Shown: in pieces, positions 28,585 to 39,048 of the stretch
How the letters are laid out: every line of letters begins with the position of its first letter
Position numbering within the stretch: position 1 is the stretch's first letter
DNA from: a virus
Length of the DNA stretch: 64,000 bases
IMG/VR virus record: IMGVR_UViG_3300044825_002278
Location: 39,910 to 103,909 of that record
Reading direction: 5' to 3' (one strand)
The notes under the pieces: generated by a model
What the model was told of the DNA's origin: nothing
The model's database searches: none
Seen by the model: only the letters and a program-made list of their open reading frames with translations
Position numbers and translations under genes: made by a program

Positions 28585-29621
28585 AAGTATTGATAGCAAG
28601 TGATGGTCTACATGCTCACTATTACGAAAGAATGACATGGGCAAGTGCGTTTTTAGCTTGTGGAATAAATGTCGCAATATGGGACATAAAGCAACATTCA
28701 GCGTTTGATGTTTTTGACACATTTGAGCCAGATTTGTTTCTTGGTCAATCTTACAATTTAGATGAAGCAACAATAAAATGTATTTATGAAAGACCGCATT
28801 TGAAAGTTGGACTTCGTGCTGGAGATTGGGGAGATCAAACAAAAGAAATTGATTTGCGTAAGTTCAATATTTTGACATGCAGTCCAAAAGAAAGAGAAGT
28901 CTTAAAAAGACTCAAAGACGAAACTGGCCAACCTGAATTTGTATATATTCATTACACGCCGCAGGCTATAGCTCAAACACACAATCACTTTGAAACAATA
29001 GGCATCAAACCAATTTCGGTTATGATGTCTGCCGATACCACAGCTTATAGCGGAGCTAAATTCGATCCATCTCTTGAGTGCGACATAGGATTTGTTGGCG
29101 GGTTTTGGCCGTATAAAGGGCAAATAATAAAACCGTATTTATTCCCTTTATTTGAGCCGTTTGGAAAATATCATATAAAAATCTTTGGCAATCAGCCTTG
29201 GCCAGCAAATCAGTACTGCGGCCTGATAAATGACGAACAAGTAAAAGATCTATTTGTTTCTGCTAAAATATGCCCCAATTTAAGCGAGCCACATGCCCAT
29301 GAATTTGGGTTTGATGTTAATGAAAGAATATTCAAGATTTTGTATGCTGGAGGATTTTGTATTAGCGATAATGTAGAAGGATACAAAACTACATTCGGAG
29401 ACTCGGTTGTTTACGCTGAGTCGCCGCAGGATTTTAAAAATAAGATCGATTACTATCTAAACAATGAACAAGAGCGGCAACAAATTTCCAAACGTGGCCA
29501 CAACTTTGTAAAAGAAAATCATACCGGTTTTCATAGGATATCGCAAATATTAAAAGAATTTGGTCACGAAGACTTAGCAAATAAACTATTGATTCAATAC
29601 CGAGAATACATCAATGCATAG
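28581..29621 (+). CDS. Glycosyltransferase (CgeB/Glyco_trans_1_2-like)
   Basis: DIGFVGG, SAKICPN, NERIFKI..AGGFCISD, YYLNNEQERQQI, NHT..HR. Confidence 0.82.
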   Translation: MKVLIASDGLHAHYYERMTWASAFLACGINVAIWDIKQHSAFDVFDTFEPDLFLGQSYNLDEATIKCIYERPHLKVGLRAGDWGDQTKEIDLRKFNILTCSPKEREVLKRLKDETGQPEFVYIHYTPQAIAQTHNHFETIGIKPISVMMSADTTAYSGAKFDPSLECDIGFVGGFWPYKGQIIKPYLFPLFEPFGKYHIKIFGNQPWPANQYCGLINDEQVKDLFVSAKICPNLSEPHAHEFGFDVNERIFKILYAGGFCISDNVEGYKTTFGDSVVYAESPQDFKNKIDYYLNNEQERQQISKRGHNFVKENHTGFHRISQILKEFGHEDLANKLLIQYREYINA

Positions 29622-30576
29622 AAAGATTTTAGTTACTGGAGCCAACGGTTTTCTTGGCAAAGCCGTTATGGATAAAATAGATAGCAAGTATATAAAGATT
29701 GGACTCAAAGGAAAATCTCACTGCGATTTAACCAATCAAAAATACGTTGATTATACTCTACAAGAGTATGAACCAGACTACGTTATACATTTAGCAGCGG
29801 CGTGCGGAGGAATTGGAATCAATCAAAAACTTCCGGGCCAATTTTTGTATGACAACTTGGCAATGGGCATGAACTTAATTGAAAGCTGTCGCAAATATGG
29901 CAGACTAAAAAAGTTTGTAATGGTTGGAACGGTTTGTTCATATCCAAAGTATACTCCAGTTCCATTTAAGGAAGACGATTTATGGAATGGATATCCAGAA
30001 GAAACCAATGCTCCGTACGGTATAGCAAAAAAGACATTGATAGAAATGTTGATTGCATACAACAAGCAATACGGTTTTAATTCTACAAATTTGATACCAG
30101 TGAATATGTATGGACCAAACGATAACTTTAATCCTGCCAGCAGTCATGTTATACCGGCACTTATACTCAAAATAGATCGTGCAATTCAAAACAATGATCC
30201 AAGTGTAGTTTTATGGGGAAGCGGATATGCGAGTCGAGAATTTTTGTATGTTGAAGACTGCGCCGAGGCAATAGTTTCTTGTTTGGATATTGATACTGGC
30301 CCGTATCCTATCAACATAGGCACATGCAGTGAAATTACAATTAGAGATTTAGCTGAAAAAATTGCAAAAACAATGGGATATAATGGAACTATATTGTATA
30401 ACACAGACTACCCAGACGGTCAACCCAGAAGGTGTTTAGATGTAACAAAAGCCGCAGATACATTAAACTTTAAAGCAAAAACAAAATTTGATGATGGACT
30501 TAAGCAAACCATTGAATGGTATTACAAAAATAAAGATATGGAGAAGTTCGTTGATTACTTTAATTATATTCAGTAA
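29614..30576 (+). CDS. fcl: GDP-L-fucose synthase (GDP-4-keto-6-deoxymannose epimerase/reductase)
   Basis: TGANGFLG, HLAAACGGIG, GTVCSYPK, YGIAKK, PVNMYGPNDNF, SHVIPALI, REFLYVED, DGQPRRCLD. Confidence 0.93.
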   Translation: MHRKILVTGANGFLGKAVMDKIDSKYIKIGLKGKSHCDLTNQKYVDYTLQEYEPDYVIHLAAACGGIGINQKLPGQFLYDNLAMGMNLIESCRKYGRLKKFVMVGTVCSYPKYTPVPFKEDDLWNGYPEETNAPYGIAKKTLIEMLIAYNKQYGFNSTNLIPVNMYGPNDNFNPASSHVIPALILKIDRAIQNNDPSVVLWGSGYASREFLYVEDCAEAIVSCLDIDTGPYPINIGTCSEITIRDLAEKIAKTMGYNGTILYNTDYPDGQPRRCLDVTKAADTLNFKAKTKFDDGLKQTIEWYYKNKDMEKFVDYFNYIQ

Positions 30577-31435
30577 AAATAGACCGCTACAATTAGATCT
30601 ATGCTTGTCGAGCATAGCTCAAAATTTCAATGCAAATTATACGCCTATAGTTTTATATAGCTGCGATGAAGAGTATGAAAATGCATACAAAACTCTGAAA
30701 CAAGAACATGAAGATGTAATGTTTTGGAAACAAGGAAAGTCTTTATTTGAAGACGTTTTTGTTGCTGTAAATTCATACGATAATTCATACTGTTGTTTTT
30801 TAACCGATGATTGTGTTATGTATCAACAATCTCCGAATCTAAGCGATCAAAATTTAAACAACATATTTGCTATGGAAAATATTTGTTGTTTTTCTTTAAG
30901 ACTTGGATCAAACATAATCAAGCGTGGTTTTAAAGATGAATTAGAATTTAAATGGTTTAATGATAGACTTCAATACGCCGATGGTTTAAATGTATGGAAA
31001 AATAGCCTCGGCTTTATATGTTGGGATAGAAGTCAGCATTTCTATGGCGGCTATTGGAATTATCCCATTTCTGTGGATGGGCATATTTTTAGAACACAAG
31101 ATTTATCTTCTTGGATGGAAGAGCTTGTTTATCTTGAGGCTATAAAAAAATGGAATCAAACACCCAATGAAATTGAACGTGCTTTGCAAAGATTTGCAAA
31201 CGAAGCGCCTTGTTTAGTTGGATGTTTTGAATCGAGTTGCATTGTCAATAGCCCAAACAATAGAGTTCAAAATACTATCAAAAATTACGATGGTGTATTT
31301 CATCCGGCCACGCCAGAGTTATTGCTTAAATACTTTGAGCAGGGAAAAAGAATAAAACTTGAAAAATTAGAAATTCAAGAAATCGAATGCCCTCATACCG
31401 AAATCGATATACTCAAAGGATTACAAAATGATTAG
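30551..31435 (+). CDS. Glycosyltransferase-like protein (GT-A fold)
   Basis: IIFSKNRPLQL, FLTDD, YPISVDGHIF, PNEIE; TTG start after GGAG. Confidence 0.7.
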   Translation: MITLIIFSKNRPLQLDLCLSSIAQNFNANYTPIVLYSCDEEYENAYKTLKQEHEDVMFWKQGKSLFEDVFVAVNSYDNSYCCFLTDDCVMYQQSPNLSDQNLNNIFAMENICCFSLRLGSNIIKRGFKDELEFKWFNDRLQYADGLNVWKNSLGFICWDRSQHFYGGYWNYPISVDGHIFRTQDLSSWMEELVYLEAIKKWNQTPNEIERALQRFANEAPCLVGCFESSCIVNSPNNRVQNTIKNYDGVFHPATPELLLKYFEQGKRIKLEKLEIQEIECPHTEIDILKGLQND

Positions 31436-32186
31436 TGTTGTAACTGGCACTTTAAATAGATATGACTATCTATACGATCTTTTAAAAAACACTGTTTGGG
31501 CCGACGATAGAATCGAGCTAGTTTTAGTCGATGGCGGAAGCACCGATGGAACAATAGAGCTGGTCAGATCAATAGCGTCTATAGAGCCAAGAATTAAATT
31601 CATAGAAGTAGGACAAAGAAGTTCTTACCCGCATTATATGAATCTAGGAATTAAAAATGCGTCACATGAATTAGTCTGTCAATGGAACGATGATGTTATT
31701 TTGTGCAATAAATGGCAAGAAGTAATCAACGAAATAGATGACCACGATGTTTACATTTTTAATTGGAAAACCGGAACAAAGCACGATACATACGATGAAA
31801 ACTGGCTAAAATGCGACGGAATACGCGATAACGGATGGATTGTTATCAACAATGCTCAGTATAAGTATCCTCAATCTATAGGCGAGCAATACAATGAAAT
31901 CTGCGTAAACTATGGAATCTACAAAAAGGATGTATTTAGAAAATTTGGTTTGTACAATCCTAAATACAAATATTATTGCGCTGATGGAGAAATGGCTATG
32001 CGTGCAAAATATTATGGCGCAAAGTTTAAAACTTGCTTCAACATCAAAGTTTGTGTGCTTCCGGCAGAAAAAAGAGCCATTATGATTAATGAAGACGTAC
32101 AAAGATACAATTTAGATTGCTTTCATTTTAATTACAATACACCAAGTTATTTTGAGGGTGAATTTTTGGAGAAACGCTATGAGTAA
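31428..32186 (+). CDS. GT2-family glycosyltransferase
   Basis: ISVVTGTLNR, VDGGSTDGT, MNLGI, WNDD, YCADGE. Confidence 0.88.
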   Translation: MISVVTGTLNRYDYLYDLLKNTVWADDRIELVLVDGGSTDGTIELVRSIASIEPRIKFIEVGQRSSYPHYMNLGIKNASHELVCQWNDDVILCNKWQEVINEIDDHDVYIFNWKTGTKHDTYDENWLKCDGIRDNGWIVINNAQYKYPQSIGEQYNEICVNYGIYKKDVFRKFGLYNPKYKYYCADGEMAMRAKYYGAKFKTCFNIKVCVLPAEKRAIMINEDVQRYNLDCFHFNYNTPSYFEGEFLEKRYE

Positions 32187-32739
32187 AACCGCGTTACTTT
32201 TGTTTGCGCGAATAGAATCCAATGGCAACATAAGCCCAGAAATAAATGAAACTATTGAAAGTTTCAAGCAATTAAATACAACTCTAGATATTCATCTTGT
32301 AGCTTTTGGAGTAGCGTCTAAAAATATAGTAGTTAATGATGATGTTAATTTTTCTTTTTATGAAAATTTGGATATTAACTTTTTTCAAAGTGTTATTTGT
32401 TCAAAACTAGAATTATTTCTTGCCGCTGGACACAATAAAACAATAATAAGCAGTTGTTCGTATCAAATAAATAACAAAAATTTTCTTGACAAAAATTTAG
32501 TAATTGTGACTTATGATGGAAACGAGTTTAACGAAAATAAAAACATCAATCATAGATTCATCTATGGGAGAACCGCATTATTAAAAAGAATATGGGAAAA
32601 CAAACCGTTTGATGCAGCAAAAGATCTTGATAAAAATTTGTTTTTAAATGTATTTAATGTAATAGGCTTAAAAAACATGAACGAAAATAAAGTTCCGATG
32701 AATGGATTTATTAAACGAATTGGCTGGCACGCTCAATGA
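32179..32739 (+). CDS. Hypothetical protein
   Basis: GGAG RBS; operonic ORF in the glycan cluster. Confidence 0.6.
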   Translation: MSKTALLLFARIESNGNISPEINETIESFKQLNTTLDIHLVAFGVASKNIVVNDDVNFSFYENLDINFFQSVICSKLELFLAAGHNKTIISSCSYQINNKNFLDKNLVIVTYDGNEFNENKNINHRFIYGRTALLKRIWENKPFDAAKDLDKNLFLNVFNVIGLKNMNENKVPMNGFIKRIGWHAQ

Positions 32740-33470
32740 AATTAATATCTTTTAGCCTTTATGGCAACGATCCAAAATATACTCATGGATTAATAGAGAA
32801 TCTAAAAATCAAAGAACAAGAAGGATTATATGGTGGCTGGAATGTAATCGTATATCATGACGATTCAGTTCCAAGCGGAGTTTTGGATGTATTGCAGCAT
32901 TATAAAGTAATTTTAAGAAATGTAGACGGTTGTGGGATACTTCCAGCAAGCTGGAGATTTTTAGCATACGATGAGCCAGAAGTAGAAAGGTTTATTTGTC
33001 GCGATGCTGATTCTAGAATTAATAAACGTGAAGAATTGGCCGTAAAACAATGGGAAAATGGGAATAAGATTTTACATATAATGCGAGATCATCCGCATCA
33101 TGGTTCCCAAATACTTGGTGGAATGTGGGGCATAAGAAAATATTATCAAGATGGAACGCGGGTATTTAATACATCTTTCAAAGATCTGATACTTTTACAT
33201 CAGGGCGGCAAGAATTACACAATGGCAAAAAGTGAATGGTTTTGGAGTGATATGAATTTTTTAAGAGATACTGTTTATAACGCTTTAGCAAAACCAGAAA
33301 CTTCATTGATACATGCTGCGCAAGATTACATGCATAGAGTCCCTTGGAAGAACGAAGATTGGGCAATCGATTTCCCTACGCCAATTGGTCCAGAAAAATA
33401 CTTTATTGGAGAAATATTCTTTTTTCAAAACGGAATACAAAAACGAGACTATCAATATACGGAAAGATAA
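32736..33470 (+). CDS. Putative glycosyltransferase-like protein (ISFSLYG...RDADSR family)
   Basis: ISFSLYGNDPKY, WRFL, CRDADSR, HIMRDHPHH, LGGMWG. Confidence 0.65.
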   Translation: MKLISFSLYGNDPKYTHGLIENLKIKEQEGLYGGWNVIVYHDDSVPSGVLDVLQHYKVILRNVDGCGILPASWRFLAYDEPEVERFICRDADSRINKREELAVKQWENGNKILHIMRDHPHHGSQILGGMWGIRKYYQDGTRVFNTSFKDLILLHQGGKNYTMAKSEWFWSDMNFLRDTVYNALAKPETSLIHAAQDYMHRVPWKNEDWAIDFPTPIGPEKYFIGEIFFFQNGIQKRDYQYTER

Positions 33471-33928
33471 TGATCAATATATCGGTATTAATAAATGATT
33501 TATCGGCATCGCAAAATGCTTTTTACATGATAAAAGAATTCAATAAATGTATAGAAAACACAGACATATCGGCTAGTGTTTTTTGTAATAGACATTCTGT
33601 TCCGGTTACTCAGCCATTGTTTGCTTGTCGTCTTGCAAATTTTCTAGTTTCTTATAATGGAATAGTTATAGCAACAACTCTCGAAGAAGCAGAAACTATA
33701 TTGAAGCTACCAAACAAATCCAAAAGATATCTTTATTTATGGGATTTAGATTGGCTAGAAAACCCTGTATTTTTTTCTGCCGCAATGAATATCTTGAGAA
33801 ACGATAAACTTGAAATTTTAGCCCGTAGTGAGTCTCATGCTAAAGTAATAGAACATTTCTGCAATAAAAAAGTTAAAGGCATAATTGACAATTGGAATAT
33901 AAATCAGGTATTAGAATTATGTACATGA
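33470..33928 (+). CDS. Hypothetical protein (GT-B N-terminal-like)
   Basis: TAATG-coupled; VIATT, YLYLWD. Confidence 0.6.
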   Translation: MINISVLINDLSASQNAFYMIKEFNKCIENTDISASVFCNRHSVPVTQPLFACRLANFLVSYNGIVIATTLEEAETILKLPNKSKRYLYLWDLDWLENPVFFSAAMNILRNDKLEILARSESHAKVIEHFCNKKVKGIIDNWNINQVLELCT

Positions 33929-34533
33929 TTCATCATCATCTTGGGCTTGGCGACCATATTATTTGCAACGGCTTAGTCCGTTTCTTAAGTAAAGAAAAAG
34001 GCATTACATTGGCTGTAAAACATAACAATTTAGCAAATGTAGCTAGAATGTTCAAAGATTTAAGTATCGAATATTACTTGATCGATAAAGATGAGCATAC
34101 TGGAAATTTAGGTTGGTGTTTTGGTGGAGATAAAACCATTAACTTTGATGAAGCTTTTTACAAACAAGCTGGAGTTGATTTTCAAGAACGCTGGAACTCT
34201 TTTTACATTGACAGAGACTACGATAAAGAAAAGACTTTAATAGAATATCTGAATCTTCCAGAAAGATTTTGTTTGATTCACGATACAGCCAGCGCCGGAA
34301 AAGTTAATATTGTTGTAAATACGGATCTTCCAATTGTACGAGTTCGTAAAACAGAAATAGAAAAGTCTATGTTTGATTGGATGGGCATTATTGAGTTGGC
34401 ATCAGAAATTCATTGTATAAATTCTTCATTCATTCATTTGGTTGATTCAATGCGTCCAAATGCTAAATTATATTTTCATGACGATAGGTCACACTTACAG
34501 TTTTCAAAAAAATTAAATTGGAACTTAGTATAA
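33919..34533 (+). CDS. GT-B-like glycosyltransferase (GT9/fucosyltransferase-like)
   Basis: HHLGLGDHIICNG, FDEAFY, ASEIHCINSSF. Confidence 0.65.
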   Translation: MYMIHHHLGLGDHIICNGLVRFLSKEKGITLAVKHNNLANVARMFKDLSIEYYLIDKDEHTGNLGWCFGGDKTINFDEAFYKQAGVDFQERWNSFYIDRDYDKEKTLIEYLNLPERFCLIHDTASAGKVNIVVNTDLPIVRVRKTEIEKSMFDWMGIIELASEIHCINSSFIHLVDSMRPNAKLYFHDDRSHLQFSKKLNWNLV

Positions 34534-35141
34534 TGTCTGGTCAAATTCAAAATAACAGCAATTTCGGTAAGGTTCTAAAAACAATCGCTCAAAGAGCAGA
34601 TGTTAAAAATATAGTTGAAATAGGCACTTGGAATGGTCTTGGTTCGACTTTATGTATATTAGAATCAATACAAAACAAAGAAACAACTTTCATAAGCATC
34701 GAACTTATCAAAGAAATGTATAATCACGCCAAAAATAATTTAAGACAATATTCTAAAGTTATTCTTTTAAATGGAGCTATTATAACAGCAGAAGATTTGA
34801 ATTGGTTTAATGTAGAAGAAGCTAAATGTAATTTTACTTCAATCGAACGCGAGCATTTTGACCTGCATTACATGAAAGAAGTAGAGGCAATAAAAACAGC
34901 AAATAATGTATTGGATCAAATTCCAGAAACAATCGATTTTCTCATCTTGGATGGTGGCGAATATAGCACATATCCAGAGTGGCAAAAACTCAAATCAAGA
35001 ACAAAAATTGTTGCCATTGATGATACAACAGTGCTGAAGTCTAAAAAAATTAGAAGTGAGTTGCTATCAGACAATGAATGGCAGCTTGTTACAGAAGATC
35101 AATCAGATCGAAATGGATATTCAGTTTTTGAAAGAAAATAA
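34533..35141 (+). CDS. SAM-dependent methyltransferase
   Basis: IVEIGTWNGLGST, FISIE, LILDGGE, IDDT. Confidence 0.78.
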   Translation: MSGQIQNNSNFGKVLKTIAQRADVKNIVEIGTWNGLGSTLCILESIQNKETTFISIELIKEMYNHAKNNLRQYSKVILLNGAIITAEDLNWFNVEEAKCNFTSIEREHFDLHYMKEVEAIKTANNVLDQIPETIDFLILDGGEYSTYPEWQKLKSRTKIVAIDDTTVLKSKKIRSELLSDNEWQLVTEDQSDRNGYSVFERK

Positions 35142-35143
35142 CT

Positions 35144-35749
35144 ATGAGTCAATTTCCTGTATTTGTTGGAAAAAATAGTTTGCAAGTAATAGATCAAAAA
35201 AGTGGATTATTGTTTCCTTGGTATGTTCCAGATTCTTTAGAATTTTTCAAAGATAGGGACATATCGCAATGGGAAGTATTTGAATGGGGCGGAGGATCGT
35301 CAACTATTTGGTATGCATATAACGCTAAACATGTTGACGTATTAGAAGCAAATAAAGATTGGGCAGAAAAAATAAGCACTTACATACTGAACATTATGAA
35401 TCAAAATAATTACTCGGTGAAATATATAGATGTTAAATCAGAAGAAGCCGAAAATGGATCTCAAAATAAACCAACGCCAAATATGCAAGAATATCTTTCA
35501 TACATCAAGACACTCGGCAAAACTTACGACTGCATCATTATCGATGGATCGTACCGGGACGAAGCTATAGTTCCGTCTTTGGAATGCATAAAAGATGGGG
35601 GGTATATAATATTCGATAATTACGAACAAGACACATCTGGATATCTTATATTAAAAAATAAAAATTTGCTAAATAAGCATCCCAATAAGCTATACCAGTA
35701 TGGCGAGTGGAAAACAAAAATATGGAGAATAGAAAATGAATATAGATGA
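35144..35749 (+). CDS. SAM-dependent methyltransferase
   Basis: FEWGGGSSTIWY, YDCIIIDG..R, GGYIIFDN. Confidence 0.8.
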   Translation: MSQFPVFVGKNSLQVIDQKSGLLFPWYVPDSLEFFKDRDISQWEVFEWGGGSSTIWYAYNAKHVDVLEANKDWAEKISTYILNIMNQNNYSVKYIDVKSEEAENGSQNKPTPNMQEYLSYIKTLGKTYDCIIIDGSYRDEAIVPSLECIKDGGYIIFDNYEQDTSGYLILKNKNLLNKHPNKLYQYGEWKTKIWRIENEYR

Positions 35750-36506
35750 AAAATACGCAATAGAAAAATACAAAGAAGGTTTTAGTTGTCAAGAAATAGC
35801 CGAACAATTAAATACATACGCTAAAAAAGTAGAACGGGCATTGAAAAAAAATGGCGTTGAGATCAGAAGCAAATCTAAAGCAATGCAATTAGCAATTAAA
35901 AATGGGCGATCTGAACATCCGACAAAAGGCAAAAAACGAAACGAGGATTCAAAACTTGCGATTAGCAAAGGTGTCGAACAGGCATGGAAAGATATGACAC
36001 CAGAAACAAAAGAAGAACTTTCCAGCAGCGCAAAAGATAGATGGAAAAATATGGACCCTGTTAAAAAACGCGAAATGCAAGAAAAGGCTGGCCGCGCTTT
36101 AAGAGAGGCTTGTCTTAGCGGCTCGAAAGCTGAAAAATTTCTTAAGTCAAAACTACAAGAAATGGGTTATGAAGTCGTAATGCATAAAAAGGGTTTGATA
36201 GAGGGAAATTTTGAAATAGATTTGCTTTTGCCGGAACTCAACACGATAATAGAAGTAGACGGTCCACAACACTTTCTTCCGGTATTTGGAGAAGATAAGT
36301 TGTCAGAAATTGTAAAGATGGACACCATTAAAAATGGTTTATTGATTGGTAAAGGGTTTTGTGTTATTAGAATCAAATATCTTTGCAAGAACATGAACCT
36401 AAGCGTCGAAAGAAAATTGTGGGATGCTGTATCAAAAGAAATAGAGAAGATTGAAATTAGTTTTCCGCCTAAAACAAAACGATTTATTGAATTGGAGATT
36501 AAGTAA
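35736..36506 (+). CDS. HTH/NUMOD3-like plus DUF559/Vsr-like endonuclease (probable homing endonuclease)
   Basis: SCQEIAEQL, HPTKGKKRNEDSKLAIS, SKAEK, EIDLLLP..IIEVDGPQH, D..KN. Confidence 0.78.
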   Translation: MNIDEKYAIEKYKEGFSCQEIAEQLNTYAKKVERALKKNGVEIRSKSKAMQLAIKNGRSEHPTKGKKRNEDSKLAISKGVEQAWKDMTPETKEELSSSAKDRWKNMDPVKKREMQEKAGRALREACLSGSKAEKFLKSKLQEMGYEVVMHKKGLIEGNFEIDLLLPELNTIIEVDGPQHFLPVFGEDKLSEIVKMDTIKNGLLIGKGFCVIRIKYLCKNMNLSVERKLWDAVSKEIEKIEISFPPKTKRFIELEIK

Positions 36507-37261
36507 TGTCACAGGATTTGTTTGATGTTGAAAGCATCAAAGAGGATATGAACAACGAAGAAATGCAACAACGCGATTTAATGCCAGCTTATGGTTCTGA
36601 AAAATGGCATGATTACGTCATGAGTAAGTTTTATCCAAATGAACTTTATGATGGCAATCCTGTGTGCGCTGGTTTGCGTAGAGTTGCTGAAGAATTGCTT
36701 GGTACTATCATTGTTAGCAGACCATCGCATGTTTGGCCAGCAATGGACACAGATGGTCCCGGACGAGCAACTGTAGTATTTGAAGTAGTTATCGATTGGA
36801 TGGATTCTGGTCAACTAAGAACATTCTCTGACGTTGCAGACGTATGGCATGGAAACACCGACGATTTATTTTGCGCACATCCGGTTGCAACAGCATCCAC
36901 GCGCGCAGAAGGTCGAGCCTTGAGAAAGGCATTAAAAGTAAAATGTTTGGCAGCAGAAGAACTAGCCAAAAAGGATATTGTTTCTATTGTAAGGCAGTCG
37001 GTCCAAAACCAAGGGTCTACCGATGGAACATGGAAGGAGGATGAAAGTATTAGTACTCCGCAAGTTAACTTTATTGATGCTAAGTGTAAACAACTTAATA
37101 TCAATGTAATGAAGTTTATCAATATAGGAGAATCTAAATACGAATCAATCGACAAAGTTAGTAAAAAGACAGCATCAAAAATGCTAGGAGTCTTAAACGA
37201 GTACCAGACTGGTGTAAAGCCAATTCCGGCTGAAATCACTGGATATACCAATTGGAGGTAA
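36506..37261 (+). CDS. Rad52/Sak-like single-strand annealing protein
   Basis: AGLRRVA, RATVVFEV, ATASTRAEGRALRKAL; C-terminal STPQVNFI...ASKML module. Confidence 0.6.
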   Translation: MSQDLFDVESIKEDMNNEEMQQRDLMPAYGSEKWHDYVMSKFYPNELYDGNPVCAGLRRVAEELLGTIIVSRPSHVWPAMDTDGPGRATVVFEVVIDWMDSGQLRTFSDVADVWHGNTDDLFCAHPVATASTRAEGRALRKALKVKCLAAEELAKKDIVSIVRQSVQNQGSTDGTWKEDESISTPQVNFIDAKCKQLNINVMKFINIGESKYESIDKVSKKTASKMLGVLNEYQTGVKPIPAEITGYTNWR

Positions 37262-37264
37262 TGA

Positions 37265-37594
37265 ATGAAAGTAACTTATCAACTAGGCAAACTAACAGCT
37301 TCTTTTGAGTGCGATACTCAAAAAGATTTGTTTACTCAACTGTCTTCTTTTCAAGAAGTGTTTGGACAGTCTAAGTGCGGAAAGTGCGGAGCAGAAGATT
37401 TAGTTTTTATCGTTAGAGAAAACGGTGGGAATGAATATCATGAAATGAGATGCACTTCTTGCAATGCTAGATTGTCGTTCGGAGTAAACAAAAAGGGCGG
37501 AGGTTTGTTTCCGAAGCGCAAAGACGCTGAAGGAAACTGGTTGCCAGATGGCGGCTGGGTAAAGTGGAATCAGAAAACGCAAGCAGTAGAGTAA
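37265..37594 (+). CDS. Zinc-ribbon hypothetical protein
   Basis: GGAGG RBS; CGKC...CTSC. Confidence 0.75.
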   Translation: MKVTYQLGKLTASFECDTQKDLFTQLSSFQEVFGQSKCGKCGAEDLVFIVRENGGNEYHEMRCTSCNARLSFGVNKKGGGLFPKRKDAEGNWLPDGGWVKWNQKTQAVE

Positions 37595-37624
37595 CATAAC
37601 GCACGCTGCTTATTTTTGCAAAAC

Positions 37625-37650
37625 AAGGGGTATCATAGTATACCCCTTTT
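37625..37650 (+). terminator. Intrinsic terminator
   Basis: AAGGGGTAT...ATACCCCTT stem followed by Ts. Confidence 0.6.
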
Positions 37651-37677
37651 ACTTAAATATAAATAAAGGAAAACTCA

Positions 37678-37971
37678 ATGGACAATAAACCAGAACCTAA
37701 AAACGCTAAATCATTAAAACAAGATATATCTAATCTTACAAACGAAGACAAGTACATTATAGTCTTATCTAAACTGAACGGAGATAATATTGACACATGG
37801 GTGGCTGCAAACAGCTTTAGACTAAACGATTACCCGATTGTAAGAAATACTTTATCTCAAATGATCTATGAGATGCACGAAGAAGAAATCAAAAAGGCCA
37901 CAAGCACAACGCAAGAACAACAACTTAAGACTCAAGAAAAAGAAATCAAAAATCTTTTAAATATGCAATAA
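37678..37971 (+). CDS. Hypothetical protein
   Basis: AAGGA RBS; last gene of the + arm. Confidence 0.7.
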   Translation: MDNKPEPKNAKSLKQDISNLTNEDKYIIVLSKLNGDNIDTWVAANSFRLNDYPIVRNTLSQMIYEMHEEEIKKATSTTQEQQLKTQEKEIKNLLNMQ

Positions 37972-37974
37972 AAA

Positions 37975-38024
37975 ATGGATGGAGTCAATATCCAACATAC
38001 CGCTGGACTATTGCTTCCATCCAT
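37975..38024. terminator. Long hairpin between convergent arms (possible bidirectional terminator)
   Basis: ATGGATGGA...TCCATCCAT with inner CAATA/TATTG and TCCA/TGGA pairing. Confidence 0.6.
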
Positions 38025-38044
38025 ACTTATTTTGGTTATTTCTA

Positions 38045-39019
38045 TTAATAGTATTCTAGCGACACATAAAGACCATATGCTTCTTTTGCGCCAGTAGAAA
38101 GCGGCGTTGCCGATAAAGCAACCGACCAAGTATGATGAGTGTCAACGCCAGTTCCTCCAAAAGTTTTTATTCTATTTCCTACTGTTGAACCATCACCAAA
38201 ACTAAAACCAAACACAGTTGATTGGTTTGTAGTATCAGTCAGATACTGTGTCCACTTAGGCCAAACCATACCAGTGCCACTTATTGTGTGACTATTGTGA
38301 AGATATTTTTGCCCAGAGCCGGGACTATCGAGCAATGGAACAACTATACCAGTTCCACCAACAGTATCATAGCTACCAGCAACAGCAGCAGCGGCAAGTC
38401 GCGAATCTCCGTTAACACGACTATCAGAGCTAGTCCCATTACGAAAAACCGCGCCCACACTGTTTGTATAATAATTTTTACCACCGGTAATAAATGCCGC
38501 TGGCCAAGGTTCGCCCCACCACCAAAGATCGCCACTTCCCTGTGCAGCAGAATTTAAGCCATTGTCTGCGCCTTGATTATTGAATGTACTACCGTTAAAA
38601 TTAACAATCTCAGCGACTTTAGTATTTACGCCACTAGCTGGATAATTAACATTGGCGCGATCATAAATTCTAAGTTGACAATTTTGCACTCTAACTGCCG
38701 AAGTATGACCAAATTCAATACCGAGAGTTCCGTACATGCTTCTTACGCCGCTCAATCCAGTATTTACCGGAGAACCGGGAACAGCGTCCAAAACACACCG
38801 ACCGCTAGGAAAAGAGTTAGCGACATATTTAATATTAGATGTAGCGTCGGCAATTACTGTAGCATCACCATTTGCGACATAAGTTGTATCTTGATATGAC
38901 CCAATTTGGACCGATGAACCTTGAGTTACACCAAAGAAAGCCAAACCAGAACCAGACAATGTTCTAACGCTTGGCGTTCCGTTGTTGTTTCCCAATATTT
39001 GAAATTGTATTTCTGCCAT
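38045..39019 (-). CDS. Putative virion structural protein
   Basis: G/S/T/N-rich beta-type composition; AGGAG RBS and TGTGTATAATA motif upstream. Confidence 0.65.
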   Translation of the reverse strand: MAEIQFQILGNNNGTPSVRTLSGSGLAFFGVTQGSSVQIGSYQDTTYVANGDATVIADATSNIKYVANSFPSGRCVLDAVPGSPVNTGLSGVRSMYGTLGIEFGHTSAVRVQNCQLRIYDRANVNYPASGVNTKVAEIVNFNGSTFNNQGADNGLNSAAQGSGDLWWWGEPWPAAFITGGKNYYTNSVGAVFRNGTSSDSRVNGDSRLAAAAVAGSYDTVGGTGIVVPLLDSPGSGQKYLHNSHTISGTGMVWPKWTQYLTDTTNQSTVFGFSFGDGSTVGNRIKTFGGTGVDTHHTWSVALSATPLSTGAKEAYGLYVSLEYY

Positions 39020-39048
39020 TTTATTTACTCCTGTTTTAGGTTATAGTT

